From Carcharhinus amblyrhynchos (Eukaryota): 64,000 nucleotides of DNA. The stretch spans positions 38,068,001-38,132,000 of the forward strand of contig OZ336892.1 in NCBI GenBank assembly GCA_965287045.1, given 5' to 3'. This document shows positions 50,495 through 62,717 of the stretch, in pieces; within the stretch, counting starts at the first letter, position 1, and each line of letters begins with the position of its first letter. The notes under the pieces were generated by a model that saw only the letters and a program-made list of their open reading frames with translations, was not told where the DNA came from and ran no database searches. The position numbers and the translations under genes are program-made.

Positions 50495-53400
50495 TGCTTT
50501 GTTTTTATGCTGTAGGATGACCAATATAATCATTGTAAACGAACTTTATTAAAAAGAAAATATATACACAATTGCAAGTTTGTAACTGATAGATATGTAC
50601 TATCCGACCTCTTACTTCCAGATCAGGTGACTCAGTGAAGTATACAGGGCACCATGTTATATCTAATACCACAATCTCTCTGATATCATGACATTACCTT
50701 AAACAAAAAACAAAAGTATTTCCGACTCGTTTCTGTTTGAACAAAAGAGACGACGAATATAGCCTTCTCAAGTTCACAAAGTCTTCTTGGACAGTCCGAT
50801 TTTGTCTTTTACTCATCTGTGGTTTTTCCATAATGCTTCAACTGAATGTGCTGAATGGCGACAGAGATGATTTTGAAGGAGAGGACCTTGTTCAGCTCTG
50901 TCACTTTCACTTCTTCGTTAGCTTTCAGGACTCTTCAATCTTTACCTGGTTATCTATTGCTTCACGAGCAGATTCTGGTTCTTGATCTTCAGCTCCACTT
51001 TCTGGTTCAGGTCTGGATACGCCTTCATTTGTTTTCCACAGGAATGTCTGGTTTCTTCCTGACAGCTTCATGTTTGGAGGCTGCACCATATAAGACGTTG
51101 GTTCTCCTGTGATTCCTGTGACAACAGCAATCCCAACAAATCCCTTCTTGCTGAATCCTTCCCTTTTCTCTCACGTGCAGTTCAGGCAGAGGTTCGGCTC
51201 CTCAGTCAAAGCACTGTTTCTGGTGCCGCTGCATGTTGTAGCTCAAAGACTGGAAAAATAGCTGCTGGGGCGAAGTTAGCCCAAGTGATTTTTTTAAGGT
51301 CTGCAAGATATGTTCCACCATTCTAGTGGATTGCGAATATTTGAGACTTGACGTAATGTGGCAAAACTCCCAGTCTTGTGCAAATTCGTGAAACTCAGTG
51401 CTCGAGGATTGTGGACAGTCGTCCGAGAGGAGCACATAACAAGCAGAGACTGACTTCAAATGAGTTACGAGTGTGATGCCTTTACTCCTCAGCAGCAAAG
51501 ACTCAATACTTTAGAGTAATAATCTATTGCGAGTGGGTACTCAGGTGCTCACTGTGGTCAATTGTTGCCAATTTTCTGTCTAGGCCTCTCTGGAAGTGTG
51601 GTTGAAGGAGTTCTTTTTGTTGTGATTTACTGTACTTTTGGCAATACGTACGCAAGTTCAGTGTTAACCCGATTTGTGCTCCCATTCCAGGCTAATACAT
51701 TACATCTCTAACTCTTCTCCTGTATGTTTCTATGCCACAGTGGCTTTCATGTGCGTGCTGCAACATTTCTTTCCTTGGTGTTGCATGAATTATCTTTTCT
51801 TCTTTTAAAAGTATTTCTTCTGCTGCATGAAGTTCCTGAGAAAAGTTCCAGCACTCTCGTACAGCAGAGGGACCTCTGCTCCAACGTGCGAGCAGTTATT
51901 TTGCACGATTTGATTTGAGACCAGCAAAGCGACCATCTTTCTTTGTCGCTTCCCTGATCTTATCTAGATTGTTAGTCACAGGTAAGTTCCTTGTCCCAAT
52001 GTGAATCTGTATTTCTGTTTCTTTATCATCTTCCATGATGGGTCAGTGTGCATGTGACAGTGTGTCTGGGATATACATTTCTTTGCCTGGTTTGTATTTA
52101 ATGCTAACCAAAAGAGAAAATGCTGGAAAATCCCAGCAGGTCTGGCAGCATCTGTCAGGAGAGAAAAAAAGCTGATATTGGGTCCAGATGACCCTTTGTC
52201 AAAGCTGAATGTAGTTAACGCTGACTTGATATCTCTGCAGACACATTAATTCTCTTGGAATTCTTGGTGGTGCACATTCAGGGGCTTTTCATAACTTCCA
52301 AAGGTCTACAATCAGACTCTACCTCCAAAGGTTGCATAAACAAGCTGGTGGAAGCGTTCTAGGCCAAGCACTAGGTGAGCATTTCTTTCTTTATTTGGGG
52401 ATAGCACTGCTGTGTTATAGTTATTGCCTTTGAAGTATATGTCACTGGTGCTTTGTTTTGTAAGAAGACAGCTCCCAGCCCAGTTTTTGAAGCATCCACT
52501 GATATCTCGACTGGCTGACTGACATTGTGATACTTTAACGCTACTGCCTGGGTCAGTGTTTTCTTTAGGCTGGTGAAACCTTCTTGGTGACTTTGTTCCC
52601 AGTGCTAATTCACAACATTTCGAACTTTGAGAAGGATTATTAGGTCTGGCGCGTGGAATCAATTTCCCTACGAAAGGTCACCATGCCCAAATCCTCTCCA
52701 AGTTTTTCTAACATTCTAGGGTGGCATACTCATGACTGTTTCAATTTTACTCTGGTCTGACTTCAATCCCTCACTTGTTCCCACATGCCCCAAGCACTTC
52801 ATTTCATCAAGACCTGATTTTCACCTTTCCTTCTTAGCTTTAAGTTCTTCTCTCAAGTTCTTGCCAGCACCCACCTCAGCCTGCAGTTGTGTTCTTCTCC
52901 TGTTGCACATTGCCGATATGGTTTCCACACCCTTTAACAGCTGCTTCACTGTTTTATGGAACACCTCCGGAGCTGAATTAATACCAAAAAGATAAAGGTA
53001 AAAACCTGTAGTGCCTGTATGCTGTGTTGAAGGTACGGAGATTTGAGTGCTGTTCATTCAGTTTGACCTACCATTGCATCTTAGACTGAATAGCATTCAG
53101 TATCAACGAGCTTACACGTGATCTCTTCTATTGTGAGCTAGATAGTGCTGTCTTTATACTGCCTGGTTTAGGTCTCAGGGGTCCAGTCAGACTAGCAGAT
53201 TCCCAGCTGATTTTTCTACAATTACAACTGGATGAACCACTTAGTTGGCACATCAATTTTCTTAATGAACTGAAGTTTCTCCATTCTATCCAGCTCTGCT
53301 TTCAGTCGATCTCTCAGCATTACTGGCATTTTACTGGGTGGGTGCATTTGGGTGTCACAGTTTCGTGGATCTTTAATGGGATGTTCTCCCTTTAGGCAAA

Positions 53401-54133
53401 TAAGCCCTTAGAACGCATCGTGACACTCACTCAGGGTGTCATCAGAGGTCACCGTCATTATTTTCTTCATTAGCTACGGATTTTCATGCGCTTTAGTTCC
53501 AAGAATGGGTGTAGTATCATTTCTCACCACTCTCAATGGGAATGCTCGAGACTGTTTTTTGTAGTTCACTTCAAGTGTGCATTGGCCTTGTGCAGCAATG
53601 TCTTCACCTGTGTAAATAGACAGTTTCGCTTTAGTTAATGGTTTTCTTTTACTTATCTTACCAAGCAGGCTTTTCCAGCACCTGCCTCAGCCTGTGCTCA
53701 TGTCCCCCTCGCGTAGCAGGAAAGGTGCAAAATAGGTCTCCATAAAATCAAGTACTTGGGACATGTGCTAACGAGCGATGGACTCACATTTGCTTGTACA
53801 CCAGTGCCAAAGCTTGAAGCTCACCAGAAATTTTTAAACCAACCTTCCAGCCGTCTTCTTTCAAATTTGCAGTTACTGCATCAATGAAAAGTTCAGATTC
53901 ATTTGCACTTTGTTCCAATTCCACACCTTAGCAAAGTGATTTAGTTTATCACAGCTTTTTCCATAACCTGGACAATTACATCGATGGCTTCAAAGTCTTC
54001 ATTTAGTTCACTCCTGACACCATGTTTCATTTTTATGTTGCAGGATGACAAACGTAATTATTGTAAACTAACTTTATTAGGAACAGAATATAAACACAAC
54101 TGCTTGCAGCTTCGGCCTACAGTTTGTGTGTAC
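50495..54133 (-). mobile_element. Degenerate Gypsy/Ty3 LTR retrotransposon with two diverged LTRs and a tRNA-Leu primer-binding site
   Basis: LTRs start at 50495 and 54023 (tg(c/t)tt..tttttatg(c/t)tg(t/c)aggatgac...actttatta). PBS at 54009-54022. Remnants: gag CPGYGKSCDKLNHFAKV, RT FGINSAPEVFHKTV, integrase SDDCPQSSSTEFHEFAQDWEFCHITSS. Order is gag, RT, IN. Confidence 0.88.
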
Positions 54134-55201
54134 GATGAAATTAAAAAAGCTAAAGGATGGCATGAAAAAATACTGACAAAGAAAATCAAGGAAAACCCAC
54201 AGATTCTGTATTCATCACTTTCTGCACAGGGAAAAGCAAGGAGCAGAAGGAAGAAACAAGAGTATGGGATCTACGGCAGGGGAAAGGTCTGACATTGCAA
54301 AGGCAAAGGTTTAGTTAAAGGTTATGAAAAGATGTGGTAAAGGATGGGGAGCCAATGGAAGTCGCCAAGAATGAATATAGGAAGCATAGTTCTTGAAGGG
54401 CTAGAACTTATGCAAGTTGGGTCTCCAGGGTTGATAAGGAAATATTAGAAAGCTAAGTCTAGTCATAACAAAAGTATGAATGAATGTTTGAGAAGCACTT
54501 GGATAAGGCAGGAACAGAGAGGACTAATAGTAGACGTATCTTGGTAATGTAGACTTTGAGGCTTGGCTAAAGGTTGAGTAACACGCCAAGGTGGCTTAAG
54601 CACAACTGGTATCCAGGAAGGTCAAGTGGACATCCAGAAAGAGGGTTGCAATCAGGGGCTGGAGCTCAGTTTCCAGTAATGAGATAGGTGGCTTTGATCT
54701 CGTAATCTATGAGCTGCTGACTTATTCTAGATTGTACGTAAGACAGGCTGTTGAACTGCACACTGACAATCCCAAAATCCAGAATGTCGGTGAAGTAAAC
54801 CCGATTGTCACAGATAAGTAGACAAGAATTGATCACTGACAAATCAACCATAATCTTCAATAAATGCTACTTACAATAGCAGAATCTCTAAATGTTAGCA
54901 ACAGACTGATTGATACACAATGAAAAATTAATGAGCTAGCAATAACATCAAAATGAAATACACAGAAGGAATTGAACACATGTACTACTTGGGGAGAACA
55001 GATGCTACTTATCAAAAGACACATTTAAAAATGGGCAAGTTAGACATCAGTAAATTTTCTGGGGGTTCACGGTCAGAGTGCTTCCAGAGACATAACAGCA
55101 TGTTACCTCAAAAGTGGGCCAATATATAAAAATGCTCATAGCTCATAAATACTTTGAGACTCATTCTACCATCCTCCAACCTGGCCTGGTGTCCCATCTT
55201 G

Positions 55202-55405
55202 CACAGTAAGAAGTTTCTCAACATCAGGTCGAAGTCGAGCTTTCAGAGCGCTACTCCTTCGTCAGGAGAACTCCCACTTACCTGACGAAGAAGTAGTGCT
55301 CCGAAAGCTAGTGGCTTTTGCTACCAAATAAACCGGTTGGACTTTAGCCTGGTGTTGCGACTTCTTACTGTGTTTACCCCAGTCCAACACCGGCATCTCC
55401 ACATC
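55202..55405. mobile_element. Penelope-derived inverted-repeat element with two hammerhead motifs
   Basis: Outer arms cacagtaagaagt (55202) and acttcttactgtg (55372). The + strand has cctgacgaagaagtagtgctccgaaagctagtg at 55281-55313. The - strand has cctgacgaaggagtagcgctctgaaagctc at 55266-55237. Confidence 0.75.
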
Positions 55406-56063
55406 CCATCTTGCATCCTTTGTTTCTCCAATCTGGTCCTCTGAGAGACTCCTGCTCCCCTCTCTCTCTCTGCCCGGCCACAGGCCAGAGACTTCAGTAT
55501 TCTCCATCTCCTCCTTTATTAACACCCTCAACCTCAGGGCATCCCATCCCCAACTCCCAAAAGACTGATTAAAACCTATCTTGTTCAACGTCCCTTTGAC
55601 CATTTCCTTTAAATTCATTCCATGCATTTCCTGTGTTACAACAGTGACTACACTTGCATTAACTAGAAAACATTGTGGGACATCTTGTGGTCATGAAAGA
55701 TGCTATATAAACACAAAATTCATGACTCTTTCTCAAGTCTGACAGCAAATTGTGAAGTGCCTTAGGAAATTTTCCAACATCAAAAGCACTACACCAATTT
55801 AAAGAATAGTTCTTAAAGATATCAAAATATTATATGGCAGAAGGAAACACTTCCCCAAGCAGTGCAATAGAGAAAGCTGACATTCAAAAGCACCAATATT
55901 CAGTGAAAAGCACTAAGTGGTTGCTGGGATGCGTACTACACTCAAAGTGGCAAAGAGGGATGAACAGTAATATCGATAACCTTCCTCCTGTTTTCAGAAT
56001 GTTAATTACTCTGAGGTAAAGTGCTGACAGGAGGAGATAAGCAAAGCGCTTGTTGCTACTTAC

Positions 56064-56121
56064 TTTCTGAACTGCTCATGGAATCGGTCTCTGTGGCCTT
56101 GTAAAGTGTCTGCCGGGAGAC
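56064..56121 (-). CDS. HIP1: HIP1 coding exon (about exon 9)
   Basis: 58 nt, ttcag|...|gtaagt. Translates CLPADTLQGHRDRFHEQFR(K). Phases match both neighbours. Confidence 0.96.
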
Positions 56122-56618
56122 CTGAAGAGAAATTGTAATTTTAAAACTGATCTTCATTAAAGCAATTTGGAAGGGAAGCATAGAACATAGCAAATTGGAT
56201 TCATTACATAAAGCACAGAAAAATTTAATTGTTTTGAGAGCGTTTCCCACTAGGGAATGTAGTTTTAGACAGCTGAAAATCAATGCGATGCAGATCACTA
56301 TGTGTGGTGCTGGATGCAGAAAACATTTCACTTTTTCCTAATTTATCATTTGTTTTTGCCACTACGTGGGGAATTAATTTATTACAGGAGTAAAATTAAG
56401 CAACCAAGCTGATGGATAAAAGATATTTGCTTCCTGAATATATGAATGTCAAGGTTGAATCTTGGATTTGTACTCAAGCTTCAACATTCATATAAGAGCA
56501 ACTGGAAGATTGGCTGCCCCTGCGGACATCCTCAGTAGCTTAGTTTCAGAACAGGAAACAATGCATTAAGTTTTCATCACGAGGAACACCAAGTGTCTAA
56601 TCAAACTCGGTACAATCG

Positions 56619-56990
56619 GATCCCTAACACGGAGAATCATTGATCCCACACATCCCCAATGTCCAGAGTCACTGATCCCACAAAGGTGGATGGTCAGATC
56701 ACTGATCCCACAGATCTCTAATGCCCAGAGTCACTAATCCCACAAAACCTGATGGTCAGATCACTGATCACGGATCCCCAATGCCCAGAGTCACTGATCC
56801 CACAGATCCCCAATGGCCAGATCTCTGTTCCCGCACAAACCTAATGTCCAGAATCACTGATTCCACATTTCCCCAGCATCGAGAATCACTGATCCGACAG
56901 TGCCCCGATGCCTGGAGTCACTGATCCCACAGATCCCCGATGCCCAGATTCACCGATCCCACAGATCCCTGCTGACCAGAGTCCACTGCC
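56619..56990. repeat. Degenerate minisatellite, about 32-bp unit, about 11 copies
   Basis: Consensus agagtcactgatcccacagatccccaatgccc. Confidence 0.9.
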
Positions 56991-57621
56991 CAGTTGCTGA
57001 GACACTCAAAGAGAAGTGATGGATATCAGTCAGGGCCTTACAAACCAACTCTCCTCAGAGAAATGTTTGCCAATCCCAGGCAAAAATGATTCCACAGAAA
57101 GACCAGGAAATGGAAATGAGACTGCACTAACAGTTGGCTGTCTCTGAGGCTCACGTGACAGGTACAGCCTGTTTTTAGATTAGGCTGTTTTCCAGTGAAC
57201 TCGTAAATGCATCCAGTGACTGAAAATCTCAAAGTTATTCTAATGATACTAATTTGGTCACTAGATCCAGGAGAGATTGCTGAAGGCCATATTTTCAAAC
57301 TGGGCTCCACGTGGGAATTTATTACCAAGTTTTGTTACTTTGCTGTCAAAGTAATAAAAAGTATGTTTTATTTACCTTATGGTAGCTGACGTAACTTTTT
57401 GGAAGTAAGGACGTGAAAATGTTAATAGTTACAAAGGTCACCCCATGTAAAGTACATAATATTATACATAACTTCTTCAATAATGCACTCCCCAATGCTC
57501 GAGGACTGCAGCCGACTCAGCTATTCAGACTGTACGGCCAACAGTAATAAGGCATAAAGAATTGTCCTGCAAGAAACTTGTGACATTATTGCCTTTTGCA
57601 GCAAACTATGTTCATACTTAC

Positions 57622-57762
57622 AGGAATGTAGCTTGAAGAGGAGTTTAACAGTGTAATCATAGAGGTGACTGCAATCAAGAATAACCTGGATTAAAGGAGC
57701 CAATCGACACTGCCCAGCTGCTGTTACAGAGACTGATCTGGACATGTCCAGGGAACTGAAGA
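57622..57762 (-). CDS. HIP1: HIP1 coding exon (about exon 8), ANTH domain
   Basis: 141 nt, ttttgcag|...|gtaagt. Translates VFSSLDMSRSVSVTAAGQCRLAPLIQVILDCSHLYDYTVKLLFKLHS. SLDMSRSVSVTAAGQ distinguishes HIP1 from HIP1R. Confidence 0.97.
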
Positions 57763-60585
57763 CTGCAAAATAAAGGGGAAAAGAGTATTTCAGCACACGG
57801 AACCACAGCAACAATTCTGCACGTATAAAGTACATTCAGCAATCAATTGCTGCAGCTCAACACTCGAGATAGATTTCCCCTTACAATCCACAGTAAATGA
57901 CCATCTGTAAAATGCACTGGATATATCCCCAAAAGCAATAAATCAGAAAAGAGTGTCTCTGTGTATTCAAAGAATATCATTTGGTTTAATAAAATGATTA
58001 CAATGGGTCAATCCAGAAATGTATTGCCCAATTAATGGAGGTGCATGGACTGCTTTGTCCTGGGAAACAGTGGAGGCAGACACTACTGAGACTTGAGGAA
58101 ATATTTAGATAAATATTTGAAGTCAAGGAAGGTGCATGTCTATCGGAAAGTGCAGGAAAGCTACATTCTTTTGAAACGGCATAACAAAGAGCCAGCACAA
58201 ACATAATGGGCTAATTACCTCAGTCAGTGCTGTAAAGTTCACGCGCCCCATAGCCTTCCAAATTTTTATTTGCTTCTCCTTGATATTTGCTATGTTTAGC
58301 TTGTTTTTCTTCTTAATTTCTCGGAAGTTTTTTTCCAATTCCCATTTTAATTTCTGTACTCATCCAAAAGTTCCAGTTTTTGTCACATTATCTTCCTCAC
58401 TCTATTATAATTATCTCTACTTTCATCACTTCCACTGCACTGCCATATCCCGTTTTAACTGGATAGGAAATCAAGCTTTGTGCAACATACAACCACATTA
58501 TAACATTTATCTGAAGCTCTTCCTCATTTTTGGATTGGAAAACTTGGATGAGCAGAAGGTGCTGGCGCTGCAAACTGAGTTGAGGTTCGCCAATATCAAT
58601 AGCCACAATATAAATAGTGAGTGTTCCTCCAAGTTAAATAAACCAACTATATATCTTGAATGGCGAGTTATACCATGCCCACTCCACTACTTGCGACACC
58701 ACCACCACCACCCACCACGGTACCATCCAGAGATAATACTGATATGGTCAGGCGCATTTTAAATTATTCAATTTCAGGGCAGACTGGGGAATATACCTCA
58801 TTTATTGATATTTCTCTTTCAAAGATTAAACATTCACATTCAAAGTTCATCATTCTATTAAGAATAGCACAAGTTATTCACAACAATTTTTATAGAAATA
58901 TACAAATGTGGGTGACAAACCCAGTAATCTCCAGGTTAGCAAACCATGCCTATCCTTCAAATGAAGTCATTGGTTATTTCAAGCTTTTAACCACATCCTT
59001 TATTTGCATTACACATTGTGGCATCATATTCACAGACTCTGCCTGGCAAAAACAAGCCAATTGACCTGAACTCAAGCACACTGTTTCAGTGTTTTGAGTA
59101 CGATAGCGGCATTGAAAATATCCTGCAGAATATACTGTTTTAGTTAATGCAGAAACATTATGTTTCAAACGGTTTAAGTATTTTACGAGTAATTGTCACA
59201 AATGTTGCACTGCTTTCCTTTTTTAAAATGTACTACACAATGCTGTTTGATCCAAAAACACATTGGTTCGTTAATTTACATTACTAATGGCCACATCCGT
59301 GTAAATAATAGCACATCCTGTAATTTGAATGAGCTAGCTGTGTAGCCACTGTGAATGGTTCCTTATCTCTTATTACAGAGACATTTGTTTGAAAACTTCT
59401 GAATTTAGTGCAACTCAAAAAAGAAAATATATTTATATTGATTATGATTGGATTACAACAACTCTACTCAACTCCATATTTGAGAATTTTGCAAGTAACA
59501 TCAGTAAATTGTAGATTTCACAAGTAACATTCATCAAAAATATTAACTTCTAAGGAATGTCAAAGGGATTTTTTTCAGCTACTCCACTGTTTGCATACAG
59601 CCATACCCACCAAAAGCAATATGAGAAGCCAAATCTTACAAAACTGGCCTTGCCAATACCCAAGACTTTGTCTTCCGAACATCACGTTTATTCAGAATAA
59701 AAGATAAATGCCCCACAACAAGCATTTCACTATGTGGGCTTGTCCATAATTGTTAGTAAGATAGCAGAGTGTGAACCCAAGTATGCAGTCTGGTGACAAT
59801 ATTGCAAGGTAGCAATTTCAAGGAGGAATTGAGAGAATTAAGTGAACATTGGCTAACTACTACATGACTGAGAGAGGCAATCGTTTCTAAAACCTCTTAG
59901 CTTTCAATGCAGATCTCCTGAAATGTTGTTCATGGCAAATCGGAGGGCATGCTGCTTGATGAGGGCATGAGTACTGTAACATTTACCTTAAAATTTATTA
60001 TTCCAATAATTGCTTGTAATACTGAAATTGAATGTTGCTGAAAAGAGACTGAAGTTTTTCACTGCGCATTCAGGACAAACTCAAAAATACCAAATCTCAA
60101 ACAATCACAACAACTTATATTACAGAAGACTGCTGACTGGCTGGCAAGTTGACTTAAATTCACCAAGCTGTTGCCATGGGGAAAACAACAGGGAGCAATG
60201 ACTCCTCAAGCTTTCAGGTAATTCAAAAAAGCCACAAAGCTTAAATATATTCCTTTTGTTTGTAGAGTGCGAGTTACAACATACAAACAAATGTAGTTTC
60301 TAACATGCATAATTGAGCTTTGTTGTAGACTTTACCAATTGTTAAACTGGCTGTTAGTGTAGCTATTAGCGCAAAGATTGTTCAGCAAGTACTGCCCAAT
60401 CACAGAGTCAGTCTTTGGACGTTTTTCTTTGGCTTGGTATGTACAGTCTACTTAAAGCAGCTGGAGGCGCATTTTTTTTTGTTTGATCGGCCAATTGTTG
60501 GGACATTTGGCCTATGTATCTGGCATCGCACCTGCACTGAAATTCACACACCAGATTGCTCAAGCTGTATCAAACAGGACATTAT

Positions 60586-60866
60586 TTTGGACTGATGGCA
60601 ACACTTTATTCGTGGACAAAACCACAAGTGCCAACACTGCTTAACAGCAGCGTGAAACTGCTTGCTTAACCTTTGCTGAAATTTTTGGGTCCAGGATTGC
60701 CATTGACCTGGTTAATTGGGCCAAAGGCCGCCACTTTCTGACCTGAAAAGTGCTGATCTATCTCAGATTAGCAACAGCAAAGTATCCCAAAAATCTCTCA
60801 AAGATGCTGTTTCACGCTGTTACTCTGCACTACTTTCCACTAATAAGATGTTGCCATCAGTCCAAA
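60586..60866. mobile_element. Fold-back MITE-like palindrome
   Basis: tttggactgatggcaacactttattcgtgga pairs with tccactaataagatgttgccatcagtccaaa. The inner arms cagcgtgaaac and gtttcacgctg also pair. Confidence 0.7.
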
Positions 60867-60889
60867 GAGACATTCTGCCTACCACATAG

Positions 60890-61240
60890 TTAAGCAATCT
60901 CATGTACAAATTTCAGCACTGTGCAACAAAAGGAAGATAGGTCATATATCCCAACTGGTTGATCAAACACTATGTTCTGTTAGTTGTTTGTAAAAGATAG
61001 AGTCGACTTGTGAACAACCAGCCTGTGCTCGCAAACCTCGCAAGACGAAACATCTACTGCTGTGATTCCATGAACGGGCAGCACTTGCTGAACAATCCAG
61101 AGTACAACAGCTACACGAGCAACCCATTTAAGATAATCAGTAACATCGCTCATTTTCACTTGCTATAAGTGACACACAGTTGTCCTCCACAACCTGTTCT
61201 CTACAAACATAAGGAATGTGTTCAAGCCTTGCACCTTTAC
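60890..61240 (+). mobile_element. Penelope-like GIY-YIG fragment
   Basis: CDSMNGQHLLNNPEY..YTSNPFKII, similar to the element at 13330-14070. Confidence 0.5.
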
Positions 61241-62179
61241 TGAATTACTGTAAGCATGGGAGGTCCTATCTTCCCATTGCATTCTCTATGGCCACACCTG
61301 AACAGTCGACTTGCCAACCAATCAGCATTCTTTTCCACGTCAGTATAAATGTTCAGAACCGTTTGAAATTTGGGGTTCAAGTTTGTCCAGAGAATGCCAG
61401 ACAAAAATTTTTGACAACATGCCTCTCTTTTCAGCAAATAGTTATTATTCTGCTCCAAGGGCACTGCTGTGCTTAATGAAGCTTGCCCCTCCAGGGTCTG
61501 AAGGTTCAATTGCACATTTTCAAGACAATTGAGGAGTGGTTGTTCCTCTGCAGATGAGCAGCAGGAAATTACCATTCAGCTTTTTCCTTCAATAAAAATG
61601 GATTGTTTTACATTGCGTGACAGAGTAAAAATCTTTTAAAAACTAGCTAGATATACTGCATAATTTATGGCATTGCCTTTTTCATTTGCTTCCGAGAATT
61701 CCCATCTCTGCAGGCTACAGATGTCAAACAGCCATGGAAGGCCAGGATGCAATCAACATCTTCACTACAGGATCATCAGCCAAGAATAAACAAGTATTTA
61801 TATAATATCTTATCGAATCTCTCGAGAGATCTCAAAGCTCTTCAAATTCAATGGTTATTAAGTGTAGCCACTGTTGTTACGTGGCGCAGTGGTCCCTGCA
61901 GAGACCCACAAATATGAAAAGGGAGCTAAATTCCAGCCGAACTATTTTATTATCGTGCTCATTGTGAAAGGACACTGGGTGAAATTGCTCTTCAACTAAA
62001 GCTGTTGAATCATTTTCAGGTGAAATATTAAAAGAGGCATGGAACACCGGAATAGCTTCAATTTAATAGCATCATCCATGACATGGCATGTCTGTAACAA
62101 AGCAGCAGCTTCTCAGTACTGCACTGATATGTCTGCTTCGACCATGTTTCAGTCTTGGAGTGGGTGTGAGCTCAAGATT

Positions 62180-62362
62180 AATTTTATTTATTTATGTCAC
62201 AAGCAGGCTTACATTAACACTCCGGTGCCTGTTCGGGTACACTGAAGGAGAATTTAGCATGGCCAATGTATCTAACCATCAGTTCTTGCAGATTGTGGAA
62301 GGAAACTGGAGCAGCCGAAGGAAACCCTTGCAGACAAGGGGACAATGTGCAGACTACGCAGA
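62180..62362 (-). mobile_element. V-SINE/HE1-type SINE, 3' part
   Basis: Shares acactccggtgcctgttcgggtacactga.ggagaatttag with the 5181-5478 copy. Confidence 0.75.
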
Positions 62363-62655
62363 CAATGAGACAAGCGGGAATCTTCCGATTCAGAAGAGGG
62401 ATCTGCGAACTGAGGTAAGCGGACAAATGTATCGAAGGTCAGTATGCAACTGATGGCACATCAATCCAGCTTGCTAAAGACTATTGGGAGTGTCATGTAT
62501 TCCAGTAGCTAGCAGTCAGGACATTGGCAACATTTTCTGAGGACTTAAGTAGACTGCATTCGTACCAACGTGGCTCATGTAGTGCTGTGTGATATGAGAA
62601 AATAAAGACTGTACGCCATACCCAGTTCAATTTAAAATCAAAAATTGCAACTTAC

Positions 62656-62717
62656 CTGCCTGGAAAAGGTTGAGCTCACATTCCAGATAATCAAACATTT
62701 CCACTGTCAACTGAAAA
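62656..62717 (-). CDS. HIP1: HIP1 coding exon (about exon 7), ANTH domain
   Basis: 62 nt, tag|T TTT CAG...CAG GCA G|gtaag. Translates FQLTVEMFDYLECELNLFQA, essentially identical to vertebrate HIP1. Confidence 0.95.

Noticed and set aside
56619-56990. CRISPR-like array
   Set aside because: The sequences between cores are homologous to each other rather than unique spacers, the context is vertebrate, and there are no cas genes.
2864-62717. Calling the gene HIP1R
   Set aside because: SLDMSRSVSVTAAGQ, YRSSNLQYFKRLIQIPQLPENPPNF and NLFDNKFDD..DPFNFNSQNG are HIP1-specific.
62711-62717. Alternative acceptor ttttcag 7 nt inside the exon
   Set aside because: It would frameshift and remove the conserved FQ codons. 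Homology supports the upstream tag.
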